The notes below the pieces were generated by a model. The model searched no databases. It saw only the letters and a list, made by a program, of their open reading frames with translations, and had not been told where the DNA came from. This document shows, piece by piece, positions 39,424-51,400 of a stretch of DNA of 64,000 bases. The position numbers were made by a program, and so were the translations under genes. The DNA lies in NCBI RefSeq assembly GCF_006345805.1, contig NC_043012.1, positions 25,854,001-25,918,000 of the forward strand, given 5' to 3'. This DNA is from Octopus sinensis (Eukaryota). Position 1 is the first letter of the stretch; every line of letters starts with the position of its first letter.

Positions 39424-40262
39424 ATCAACCAGAGCATAACAATCAGCCAACAGAAGACTAAGGTAATGGGCCAAGGCCTCTCGGACACCCCCTCCATCGA
39501 TAACCACTCGATGTGGTCCGTAACTTTACGTACCTTGGCTCAACAATTACTGATGGCCTCATACTCGATCAGGAGCTGAACAGGAGAATCGGATTAGCAG
39601 GTTCGACCTTCGCCAAACTAGCTCAAAAAGTGTGGTTAAACGGCAAGCTGACGAGATCCACCAAATTCACAGTCTATAAAATATATGCCCTCAGCAACTT
39701 ACTATATGGCGGCGCCAGACCTCGTGCCTTTACGCCAGACAAGAGCGTTACCAGAATGCTTTCCATCTGATCAAAACTCGGGAGTATTCACGGGGTCAAG
39801 TGGAACGTCTGTACACCAACAACTAGATATCCGTTCCCAGCCATTAACTACTTTCACACTACTTCGGCAGCACTGTCTCCCATGGTTAGGACACGTGCAC
39901 CGGTTGCCTGATGGGAGGTTGCCGAAAGATATACTGTATGGGGAGCTAGCCTCCTGCAGACTTGCTCGGGGACGACCACATCTCCGTTTCAAGGATGTGT
40001 GCAAACGTGACATGAAGGTCATGAATATGAATACTAAAACCTTCGAGAACATGACGAAAGACCGTTCCTACTGTATGTCAGACGCTGTGTACGGCCCTGA
40101 GGGAATGAGATCACATACATCGGGCAGCGGAGGACAGACGGAGACGCAAGAAGACCGAACCACAAACAAACGACAACCAACCGACCAGCCACAAGCAATA
40201 CTGCAAGACTAATCCAATCCATGCCGCAAACCCATAGTTTTTCGAGACTAACGGTTGCCAAT
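39424..40262 (+). mobile_element. 5'-truncated RTE-clade LINE (RT C-terminal half)
   Basis: KTKVMGQ; VRNFTYLGSTI; QELNRRIGLAGSTFAKL; LLYG; WLGHVHRLPDGRLPKDILYGEL...RGRPHLRFKDVCKRDMK are hallmark RTE motifs. Frameshifted; ends in (CA)n. Confidence 0.92.
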
Positions 40263-40318
40263 CATATGTATACACACACACACACACACACTTACAGATA
40301 CACACGCATATATGTGTG

Positions 40319-40363
<45 letters not shown>

Positions 40364-40370
40364 GTATGCA

Positions 40371-40442
<72 letters not shown>

Positions 40443-41030
40443 TATATATATATATGTATATATATACACACACCACACACAACACACATATATATAATAT
40501 ATATATATGCAAGTGTGTGGTTTTAACCGCAATTTAATGGTATAAACAAATTTTTAATACGCTAAAACGGCATTATGACTTCTTAATTATATTAACAATA
40601 TCTAGGAAGAGTCAATTTAATTACGAAATCATACTTGTTCTATGAGCGTGGGACTAGTAAGCACTGATGTTTTTTCCTCAATATATTAATATCTATTAAT
40701 TTTACTCATTCATTCCCCACTTTCCTTTCTATATATTATATATAATATATATATATATATTATATAATATATATATATATATATATATTATATAAGTTAT
40801 TTTCTAACGAGCACACATGGGAAAAACGTGAAACAATGCATCACCTATTATATCATGAAATAAACGATAAATAGTAACAGAGGAAGTTTCATTTTCACGT
40901 AATTCACAAATTATGTAACTCTCGAGTCCATATTTGGATCTTTAGAAGGTTTTTGCAGCGTTGTAGAATTAGCTATGAAATCTTAAAATCTAACACTTTT
41001 ATAAATTTCGTTGGAAGAAATAAAAGCCTT

Positions 41031-41443
41031 GATACCTATTTCTTTACTGCCCACAAGGGGCTACACACAGAGGGACAGGCAAAGGACACGCAAAGGACAG
41101 GAAAAGGGGTTGAGTCGATTACATCGACTCCAGTGCGTAACTGCTACTTAATTTAATGACCCCGAAAAGATGAAAGGCAAAGTCGACCTCGGCGGAATTG
41201 GAACTCAGAACGTAACGGCAGACGAAATACCTATTTCTTTACTACCCACAAGCGGCCAAACAAGGACAGACAAACGGATTAAGTCGATTATATCGACCAC
41301 AGTGCGTAACTGGTACTTATTTAATCGACCCTGAAAGGATAAAAGGCAAAGTCGATCTCGGTGGAATTTGAACTCATAACGTTGACGAAATACGGCTACG
41401 CACGTCGCCCGGCGTGCTAACGTTTCTTCCAGCTCGCCGCCTT
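41031..41443 (-). mobile_element. SINE family A tandem multimer
   Basis: Repeated family A units joined at GAAATACC|TATTTCTTTAC. Confidence 0.9.
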
Positions 41444-42265
41444 AAAGGCCTTGGTACCGCTAAAACGAATGCTTTTTGGCGTATTAGTTGAAACGGGCTT
41501 CGTTGCACGCTACCTACAAAATGACAGAGCGTTGCAGTATGAAAGCCATTGACGAGATATCTTCCCCACCAACATAACTTGGGTCGAAACATCATCACCA
41601 CTAATACAAAACAGCGTCTATTTTCATCTAACGTGACTCATTTATTTTTATACTTACTTGTACATAGATAAAGTTCTTTGGACGGAAACTTTATACGAAC
41701 TACAGACCAGAGGACTCGTATAATGGTTGCCTATCGGCACATCCCATTAATGTTTTTCATTAATATACATTTGTAACGTTCCAGTTTCTAAAGTAAATAC
41801 ATGAAGCGGCGATAAGAATGTTTCTAAACATGACTTGTACAAACATAAAACAGATTAGGAAATAACTCGCTAATTGATGTTTTAACTTCCAGTATATTTC
41901 AGACAGTGTTCATATTTTAAACGTATTAAAATGTCGGTTACATGGTTTAGTCATTTTTTTTTTCTCTTCCGAAGCCTACATTAATTTAAGCATTCAGCTC
42001 TGCTCAATTACGAGAACCGGATTTATGTAATATTAGCGTATGCAAAGTATTTATAAAAAATCTTTCATGAGAAACACATTCAAATACACATATATAAAGA
42101 ATATGTATTGGTATATAAATATATAAATATAAAAAATATATCTGTAAACATTCAACTATGTTTATTTTATATATATATATATTTATTTTTTGCAAATGAA
42201 AATAACTTATAGGTACATCAGATAGTTGTATGAAATATATTTACATTAAAGCAGACATGATTTTA

Positions 42266-42308
<43 letters not shown>

Positions 42309-42321
42309 TGTTTGTGTGTGT

Positions 42322-42371
<50 letters not shown>

Positions 42372-42548
42372 TGTGTTTGCATGTGCGTGCGTGAAATGAA
42401 TGTGAGAGAACCTTTTTCTGAATTTATGAAAAAAAAAGAAATATTCATCATCATCATCATCATCACTATCATAGCCATCATCTTCGTCATCATCATTTTC
42501 ACCATCCTCCTCCTCATCATCATCACCGTCGTCGTCGTCGTCATCATT

Positions 42549-42599
<51 letters not shown>

Positions 42600-42615
42600 G
42601 TCATCATCATCAACA

Positions 42616-42646
<31 letters not shown>

Positions 42647-42672
42647 CGCCATCGTTATCATCATCATCATTC
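42266..42672. repeat. (TG)n then (CAT)n microsatellites
   Basis: Direct reading. Confidence 0.95.
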
Positions 42673-43289
42673 TTGCTATTGGTATACGGCGGTGAGTTTG
42701 CACAGTCATCAGTGTCTGGAAGATATGTTCGTAGTATTTCTTTCGGTCATCTAGGTACTGCGTTCAATTTGGTCAGCTGTCATCATCCCTTCCTTCCCAT
42801 TCGGGGCCGATAACATAGTGAACCTGTCGTGTAACGGGTTTAATAAAATAAGGTACCAGTCGAAGAGTAAGTAAATGGTATCGCCTCACCGTTTTTTCTC
42901 AAAATCTCAAACCTTGCACCCAAAACTTAGGTCGCCTTCAATATATGGCAGTGAGATGGCAGTTTCGTTAGAGCGTAGGACACAATGTAATGCGGTATTT
43001 CTTACTTTTTGAGTTCAAATCATTGCCCAGGTCCCAAAACGCTTGTCCTGCCTAGATTTGAAAATGCTTTTGTTATATATAAAATGAATTTCAGATTTGT
43101 CATTAAAATACATTTTAGACTCGACGCTTGTCCTTTCTTTAGGTTTAATACTTGGACCGTTTTCTAAATCTTTTTCGGATGAACCTTCAGTTAAATGTAA
43201 TGTCTAAGGAAATGAAGCTGTTGATTAGCTGTTATTTTTCTCAAGCAACAAGTGACGGCATTCCTCAGAGTTTTGGTAGCCTGGCTCAA

Positions 43290-43505
43290 GCTTTCGGAAT
43301 TACGGAGATGTACATGCATAGAAAGTGAAATGATCTAGGATCGTGTGCTGCAACAAAATAATTGCAGCGTAGGAGGTATTCATAAGCCATTTAGGAAAAC
43401 ACAAAAACCGTTAGATACACTTCAACATTTAAATTTAATTTGCCAAAATATTTTCGTCGCTTTGAGACCGCAACGTGATCGCTGATAAAATTCCGTGCCA
43501 GCTGC
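43290..43505 (-). mobile_element. PLE-type terminal repeat (family Y), copy 1
   Basis: Collinear with 45292-45490; contains a hammerhead-like fold on the minus strand. Confidence 0.6.
43439..43489 (-). ncRNA. Minimal hammerhead-like motif with G3-C8 core
   Basis: Minus strand: TTTATCA-GCGATCA-C-GTTGC-GGTCTCAAA-GCGAC-GAAA-ATAT-TT-TGGCAAA. Confidence 0.5.
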
Positions 43506-43969
43506 ATCTGTGTATATATATATATATATATATAACATATATTTACATAATATTGCGGTCTCTTTCTTTCTTTTGTTATCTTACCGTTTTTACCAATAAC
43601 ATATCTATATAATATATATTTATATATACATATATATATTTATATATACATATATTATATATACCATCTATATATATAAATACATACATATATTTATATA
43701 TAATCATATATATATAAACAATTCAAATACGATAAAATAAATTAATTATTATCGCTGGTATAATATAGTATTTAATATATATATATAATTTATATATTAT
43801 AATATTTATCTATATATATTATATATATTTATATATATATTTATGTATATATAATATTTATATATACATATATATATTTATATATACATATTATATTTAT
43901 AATACATAAAATATTTATATATAAATATATGTTTATATACACATACATATATATCCATATATTATATAC

Positions 43970-44002
<33 letters not shown>

Positions 44003-44337
44003 CATATATATACCTATATTTATATATATACATATAGATATACATATATATATATATACATATATATATCTCATATATTTTATATATATATACATATATG
44101 TATACATATATATACATACATATATATATATATACATACATATATATAATATACATACATATATATACTATACCATACATATTATATATATACATACATA
44201 TATATATATATACATACATATATAAATATATACATACATATATAAATATATACATACTATATATATATATAATATATATATTAATACATATATATATTAT
44301 ATACTACATATATATATATATATATATCATATCATAA

Positions 44338-44793
44338 TTAAGGGCTAAAGAGGGTTATTCTAAAGCCAAATCACTGTTTTAATCCACTTATAATCCGCTG
44401 TTACAGGAAAATTGAAACTGAAAACGGGCAACTACCTTTAGAAAATTTAAATTTCGTTATCTCTATATGAATCTGGACGTTGTTTCTGAGGCTGACCAAA
44501 GAATTTTTATTTTTAGATATAAGTGATGTACTCAAGTGTAGTTATGTTTTTAGCTTGTGCTTTTTCCATGATCATACTGTTAGTTTTATTTATATCCCAT
44601 CGAAAGTTCTACTGAAAAGGAATATATCTTTTTTTAAAGATTAAGTCCGAAATTGATTCATATATAGAGATAACGAAATTTAATTTTCTAAAGGTTAGTT
44701 GCCCGTTTTCAGTTTCAATTTTCCTGGTAACAAGCGGATTATAAGGGGATAAAACATGTATTTGGCTTTAGAATAACCCTCTTTAGCCCTTAT
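44338..44793. mobile_element. ~455-bp non-autonomous element with ~135-bp inverted arms inside (TA)n
   Basis: 44338-44471 is a diverged reverse complement of 44657-44793. Confidence 0.75.
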
Positions 44794-44906
44794 TATATGA
44801 TGTATATTGCAACCGTACCGTAGGTTTTTTTTAAATATACTGGCCCACGCTTCCTGATGACTTCCTTTTGCTGTGAGTAAGGGACTCATCCTATATTGCT
44901 TATATA

Positions 44907-44942
<36 letters not shown>

Positions 44943-45228
44943 CATACATATATATGATATATACATCATATATATATATATATATACATACATATATATA
45001 TATATATATACATACATATATATATATATATATCATACATAGAATATATCTAATACATACATTATATAATATACATACAATATATATATATACATACATA
45101 TATTAATATTAATACATACATTATATATATATATATCTATATCTATACATACATATAGATATATATATATATCGATATATATATTATATATATATATATT
45201 ATACATAAATATATATATATATATTATA

Positions 45229-45275
<47 letters not shown>

Positions 45276-45291
45276 TATTATATATATATAT

Positions 45292-45640
45292 TACGGAGAT
45301 GTACTTGCCTAGCAAATGACCTGATCTCAGGTACTGAAGCAAAAATAATTGCAGCGTGGAAGGTGTTTATAACCCATTTTAAAACACACAAAAACCGTTA
45401 GATTCACTTCAACATTTAAATTTAATTTGCCAAAATATTGTCGTCCGTTTGAGTCAGCGACCCGTTCACTGACGAAATTCCGTGCTGCATCTCTGCTAGA
45501 GAAAGTTAACAGCTAAGCAACAGCCTCATTTCTTTAGACATGGCATCTTACTGAAGGTTTATCTAAAAAGGATTTACAGAACCGTCGAAGCACTAAACCT
45601 AAAGAAAAGACAAGTGCCGAGACTAAAATTTTTGTTATGT
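45292..45640 (-). mobile_element. PLE-type terminal repeat (family Y), copy 2, plus adjoining segment X
   Basis: 45292-45490 matches 43290-43505; 45492-45640 is a diverged reverse complement of 43095-43250. Confidence 0.6.
45426..45476 (-). ncRNA. Degenerate G3-C8 hammerhead-like motif (second copy)
   Basis: Minus strand: TTCGTCA-GTGAACG-G-GTCGC...GGAC-GACA-ATAT-TT-TGGCAAA; A9 and one GAAA adenine are changed. Confidence 0.35.
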
Positions 45641-46044
45641 TTTCTTTTAAATTCTTTTAAAATACTGAGTGTTTATATTACATTCACGCGATGATGATGA
45701 TGATGGCTATTACGATATATTATGAGATGGGAGTGTGGTGCGCGGAGGATTGTGAGTAAAAATTAGAACAAAAACTGGAGCATAAAAGAAAGAAATGAAA
45801 GAATGTAGTAAGGAATGTTGTATGGGACTGTCTGGAAATGGAAAGTACTAACAGGGAGAGAAAATATCTTGGTATTGAAGAAAGGAATTCAAAGTAGGGG
45901 CTACTGAAGTCGCAGGCAGAAATGTATCATAGTAAGTAAGAATAAGTCAAGGAGGTGGGGAAGGATGTTTTTAAAAGTTATTCATAAGAAATTTGTGGTA
46001 AAAATATTAAGCAAAGCTTGTTTGTACTGTGTACATAACCAATT

Positions 46045-46625
46045 TTTTCTGCTTTAGGGACAAAGCCCGAAATGCTTGGGGAGGGTCCTAAGTCGATTAG
46101 ATCGACCCAAGTACGCAACTGGTACTTAATTTATCTACCTCGAAAGTGTGACAGGTAAAGTTGACGTCGGCGGAATTTGAACTCGGAACGTAAAAACAGA
46201 GGAAATACCTATTTCTTTACTACCCACAAGGGGGCTGCACATAGATGGGACAAACAAGGACATACAAACGGATTACGTCGATTATATCGACCTCAGTGCG
46301 TAACTGGTACTTATTTAATCAACCCCGAAAGGATGAAAGGCAAAGTCGAGCTCGGCGGAATTTGAACTCAGAACGTAGCGGCAGACGAAATACCTATTTT
46401 TTACTACCCACTAGGGGCTAAACACAGATGGGACAAACAAGGACAGACAATCGGTTAAATCGATTACATCGACTCCAGTGCGTAACTGGTACTTTATTAA
46501 TCGACCCCGAAAGGATGAAAGGCAAAGTGGACCTCGGCGGAATTTGAAACCAGAACATAGCAGCAGACGAAATACCGCTAAGCATTTCGTCCAGCGAGGT
46601 AACGATTCTGCCAGTTCACCGCGTT
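46045..46625 (-). mobile_element. SINE family A tandem trimer
   Basis: Three units with identical junctions. Confidence 0.92.
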
Positions 46626-46774
46626 GCTGTATACAATATCATTAAACTATGCATGTGTACAGTTATGCACATAGATGTAGATACACACACACACACATAC
46701 ACACATCTGTATACACATAAACGAATGTAAGTCAGGCTAATCGCAACTGTTATTGCTCCAGCTTTACTCGATCC

Positions 46775-47030
46775 ACTCTGTCGGTTACGATGACGAGGGT
46801 TCCAGTTGATCCAACGGAACAGCATGCTCGTGAAATTAACGTGCAAATGGCTGAGCAGTCCACACACACATGTACCCTCAACGTAGTTCTCGGGAAGATT
46901 CAGCGTGACACAGAGTGTGACAAGACTGGCCCTTTGAAATACAGGTACAAGAAGAAAGAAGGAGAGAAAGTTGTGATGAAACAGTACAGCAGGGTTTGCC
47001 ACCACCCCCGTGGCCATGGCTACTCAGTTC
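46775..47030 (-). mobile_element. SINE family C body plus partial spacer module
   Basis: Matches 9044-9300. Confidence 0.82.
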
Positions 47031-47607
47031 CTAGGCAATACCATCTTTCACAGCATCAGTTGGCTAATAGATCTAAGATGTGTGCACACGGAGTGCAAAC
47101 TACAGTGAATTAGAGGTACAATATTAGCCAACATAAAGGCAATCTGAAATCCGTAGACAACTGCTTCTGCCAATTATGGATGTAGCATATATTAGACTAG
47201 ATACAGCAATAAACTCTGTTTCCACCACCGGAATATAAACCATCATATTACGCAAATCATACAAGGAGGAAATTGCTCTTGCATAAAGAGCAATGTTCAT
47301 ACAGTGAATAGATTCTTCAATCCGAATTCTCCTATCTCCCAAACAGACGCTAAATAAATACGTCACAACCAATGCAAAAGTATCAAGAGATGAACAACAG
47401 AAACTTATGCAATACAGCCACTGATTTAAAACTCAGATAAACTGAGAGATGGCTTGCGCATCTATCCTGCAAGGTGGCAGCATTCAGAAGCTAAAACAAT
47501 ACAAAGTGCATTGTGACCAGCGATATATAAACTCATCTGACAGTCTGGTAAATACTGAGGTACCATGATATATGAATATATATTTATTCGCATATAAGAA
47601 TATATGG

Positions 47608-47654
<47 letters not shown>

Positions 47655-47834
47655 AGTAGTTGAATGAATTATCTTGTTATGGATAATTCGGTTAACCGAT
47701 ACCTGGGTAGCAAATTCACATCAGAGAAGACACGCTTGAAGTTACGTGCTTTCGTGTCGAAATTTGTATGTTTTTTTTAAAATATAAATATATGAAAGAA
47801 TGGAGTTGAACGATGAATTAACAAAATTCCTTTA

Positions 47835-47916
47835 TTTTCGACATATGTTTCGAAGGCTGCATATTCCTAATTGCGAAGGAATAAGGAGTATATTATGCCG
47901 CTTTCTCATCAGAAAA
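47835..47916 (-). ncRNA. Canonical type I hammerhead ribozyme motif (left arm)
   Basis: Minus strand: CTTTT-CTGATGA-GAAAGCGGCATA...TATGCAGCCTTC-GAAAC-ATAT-GTC-GAAAA. Confidence 0.8.
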
Positions 47917-47984
47917 GCAAGGAACTTATGTCAACATCATCTAAAAGTTTTTTGTGCATCTTGATGTTGACATAAGTTCATTGC

Positions 47985-48067
47985 TTTTCCTGATGAGAAA
48001 GCGGCATAATATACTCCTTATTCCTTCGCAATTAGGAATATGCAGCCTTCGAAACATATGTCGAAAA
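47985..48067 (+). ncRNA. Canonical type I hammerhead ribozyme motif (right arm), predicted cleavage after C48062
   Basis: Stem I TTTTC/GAAAA; CTGATGA at 47990; 12-bp stem II with 2 mismatches; GAAAC; palindromic ACATATGT stem III; GUC triplet. Confidence 0.85.
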
Positions 48068-48122
48068 TAAAAGAATTTTGTTAATTCATCGTTCAACTCC
48101 ATTCTTTCATATATATATATGA

Positions 48123-48191
<69 letters not shown>

Positions 48192-48496
48192 TGTCTGTGT
48201 ATGTATGTGGGTGTGTTTATGCATGCAAATGTCTGATTGTCTGTGCGTTCTGTGGTACCTTGTATTTACTAAAGATCAGTTGCTTCGACACTATGTTAGA
48301 AGATAGATGCCTACTATTTCTCGCAATGGAATCGAACCGTGGGCAACATCAAAGAATTGTCAGCTCAAACTCTAATAATGAGGGATAGAGTAATGAAGTT
48401 AGTGATAAGTAAATTAATATACTGACAGAAAATATTAACATAATACGGTCCGATGTCTATTGTGTTTTTAAATAAGTATTTTTATTCTTATCAGAA

Positions 48497-48867
48497 TACT
48501 AGCAGTATCGCCCGGCGTTGCTCAGGTTTGTAAGGGAAATAACTATAAAGCATTTTTAGAGAGTTATAGCCAAATAATAGCCAAAAAATGGAAGAAAATG
48601 ATGGTAATTTTTTTTTTTAGTTAAAAAAGGTGGAGTTGCGTCCCCTAGACAGTTTGCGGTTTGTGTTTCTGATTGTCGACCCCATGTCGAATTTATCGAT
48701 TTTTTTCAGAACTGGGGGAACTTTTCAAAATTTTCGCTGCGTTAGTTTTGAATTATGACATTGGGCTATGTGTGTGTCAAGTTGAAAGCCGTGGTCAGGG
48801 TGAGGGTACAAGCAAACAGACACACAGAAACACGCACAGACAAACTGCCGTTTATATAGAGAGAGAT
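48497..48867 (+). mobile_element. Probable non-autonomous Helitron-type element
   Basis: Starts TACTAGCAGTATCGCCCGGCGTTGC, has a subterminal (CAGA/CA)n stretch and ends TTTATATAGAGAGAGAT. This layout is typical of DINE/Lep1-like Helitron derivatives (family knowledge, not searched). Confidence 0.5.
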
Positions 48868-49427
48868 TTCTGTTGCTGATTTCCTGTTGTTTTGTCCTGT
48901 TACTTTTTATGTGGCGACTAAGGATGCTACATCAGCGAATACTATATTTCGTACTGAATATATACAGATGATTGTGCATGTCTGTTGGTTTGATAGTAGT
49001 GTTTTGTACTATTTTATCTATTTATTACTATTTCATTTGTATTTTATTCTTTGGCTGTTCACATCTTCAGTGATGAAAATTAATATCTTTAGAGTAATGC
49101 TTAGACAGTGAAACCTAAAGTACAATACCTACTTAGAAATTACCACATACTTTGGCCATTTGTGATAACATCTGATGCCTAGCGTTATCTTACAAGAGCA
49201 ATAATTAAGACTGCAACATCTACATCAGCAGCAGTAGTGTCTGGACGGGGTACAGCAAAGTTTTAAGCAGCAGTAACAACAACAACAGCAACACAATTCA
49301 GAATGAAAAATGCGTCAGGTATGTCAATATCCTTTCTGGAAAATAGCATAATTATCCATGTAGCCTCTACGTGGCTGCAAATGCTATTAGAAATAGCAAC
49401 CAATATTATATTATCAACGAGAACGAA

Positions 49428-49810
49428 TCTTTTAATTTATATTTTGTGTCAGACTGAGGCCATACTGGTGCGCAGCCTTGAATTTTTAGTCGAATGAATC
49501 AAACCCCGGAATTTTTTTTTTAAGACCAGTACTTATTCTATCAGTCTCTTTTGCTAAACTGCAAAGTTACGGGTACACAAAGACACCAGCGCCGGTTGTC
49601 AAGCAATGGTGGGGGGACAAATACAGACAAAAACTCACACACGCATACATATATACATCTAGATACGACGGGCTTGTTTCAGTTTCTGTCCAGCAAATCA
49701 ACTCACAAGGCCTTAGTCGACCCGAGGGCTATAGTAGAAAACACTTGCCCACGTGCAGTGGAACAGAACCTGGAATCATGAGTTTGGGAAGCAAGAGTCT
49801 TACCACAAAA
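49428..49810 (-). mobile_element. SINE family D
   Basis: Collinear with 63237-63660. Confidence 0.82.
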
Positions 49811-49974
49811 GATTTTCACGTTAATAAATATTATTTTATTTACTTCTAAATAATATCTTGATGGATAATAAGATCCTTTATCATTTATCTTGTGACTGGT
49901 ACATTCATTGAGCTGAGGCATGCTGGGGCAGGACCCGGCAGGTTTTCTGTATTACCCTGAATCTTTTCTAGGTA

Positions 49975-50525
49975 AAACGCCGAAAACATTTTGTGGGGAG
50001 AGGGCCAGTCGATTACATCGACACTAGTACGCAACTGGTACTTAATTTATCGACCCCGACGGAATTTGAATTCAGAACGTAAAGACAGACGAAATACCTT
50101 GTCCTCTCTGTGTTTAGCCCCTTGTGGGTAGTAAAGAAATAGGTATTTCGTCTGCCGCTACGTTCTAAGTTCAAATTCCACCGAGGTCGACTTTGCCTTT
50201 CATCCTTTCATGATCGATTAAATAAGTACCAGTTACGCACTGGGGTCGATGTAAATAAGTACCAGTTACTCACCGGAGTCGATATAATCGACTTAATCCG
50301 TTTGTCTGTCCTTGTTTGTCCTCTCTGTGTTTAGCCCTTTGTGGGTAGTAAAGAAATAGGTATTTCGTCTGCCGCTACGTTCTGAGTTCAAATTCCGCCG
50401 AGGTCGACTTTGCCTTTCATTCTTCAGTTTCGACGAAATAAGTACCAGTTGGATACTGGAGGGTCGACGCAAACAAGTTATCATTTCCCCGGAAATTGCT
50501 GGTCTCGTGTCAAAATTTGAAACCA
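49975..50525. mobile_element. SINE family A cluster with an abrupt inversion junction near 50097
   Basis: A minus-strand unit ends GAAATACC and is joined directly to plus-strand multimer units. Confidence 0.85.
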
Positions 50526-51069
50526 ACATTATTACAATCGTTGTTTTTTAAAAAACATTTTAGTCTCTCCGGAAAACAATCAACCACGCATTATACTTGC
50601 CTACATTATCCAGCATATCGTCCATCATGTTTTAATAATATGTTAGAGAGGCGTGGCCGCTATTCCAAACCCGTTGACTGACGAGGTAGATCATTCTTCG
50701 TGAATATAAACACTCTAATTCTTTTTCTTACTTATTCATTCATTATTTTTTCTAGTTAATTTTCATTCCGAAAATAATTCATTAAATGTTGTTGTCTTGG
50801 TAATAGTCCCATGTTTACTTGTTACGTATTTCTGTCAGTAATTAAGGACTTTATCAACTCCAGAATATTACCAGTTACTAAGAGTTTCGATTATATCTTT
50901 AAATTTCCCTTTATTCATGTAGGATGGTGTCTTTGAAAATGTTTCGTTTGGTGTCTTTCATTTTATTCCTTCTTATTTGTACATCTTTGTTCCGTCATTT
51001 GCGATTAGAGAAAAATCATGAAAGATAAAAGAGTGTCGCAAATGACAAAGGAGAAATAATTGTAAAAAT

Positions 51070-51400
51070 CAATATCCATTGACTTTGTGCGGATGTGGAA
51101 GCTGGACAATTAACAAGACAGCGTAGATGGAAAATTGATGCATTCAAAAAGTGGTGCTGGAGAAAAACTAAGAATATTCTGGACAAAAAGAGAAACTGGG
51201 AGATCGATACACTGTCATGTGGCTTATGAGAATGTTTTGAAATCCTTGAATGTCGGAGATTAAAAGTTTTTGATCCCGTTGCGAAGAAGGAGAACATGGA
51301 AACAAATTAAGATGTGTGAGAGGAAGAATTGAAGGCTTAAAGGGGAAGGATGGGACATGCAACAGGAAAACAGATCGTGTGACGGAAACAAATTAGGATG
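51070..51400 (+). mobile_element. Highly decayed RTE/BovB-like LINE 3' fragment
   Basis: CGCGSWTINK...DAFKKWCWR.LRI.WT and GRIEG resemble YGCESWT.KK...IDAFE.WCWRR.LR..WT and G.IEG.R.RGR. Confidence 0.62.

Larger units (their letters stand above)
47788..48114. mobile_element. Fold-back element: ~152-bp inverted arms with a 22-bp spacer, probably an extremely truncated PLE (pLTR plus inverted pLTR)
   Basis: 47788-47939 is the near-perfect reverse complement of 47962-48114; each arm carries a hammerhead. Confidence 0.85.

Noticed and set aside
39115-39579. 154-aa ORF
   Set aside because: It is an off-frame read through the Tc1 fragment fused to the start of the RTE fragment, not a gene.
40800-40855. 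CTAACGA...GTGAAAC hammerhead-like spacing
   Set aside because: G5 is missing, stem II is poor, and there is no UH plus stem I.
44850-44895. CTGATGAC on the plus strand
   Set aside because: No GAAA or stem architecture.
46045-46625. Regularly spaced ~190-bp repeats resembling a CRISPR or satellite array
   Set aside because: Units are contiguous SINE bodies without unique spacers, in a eukaryotic context.
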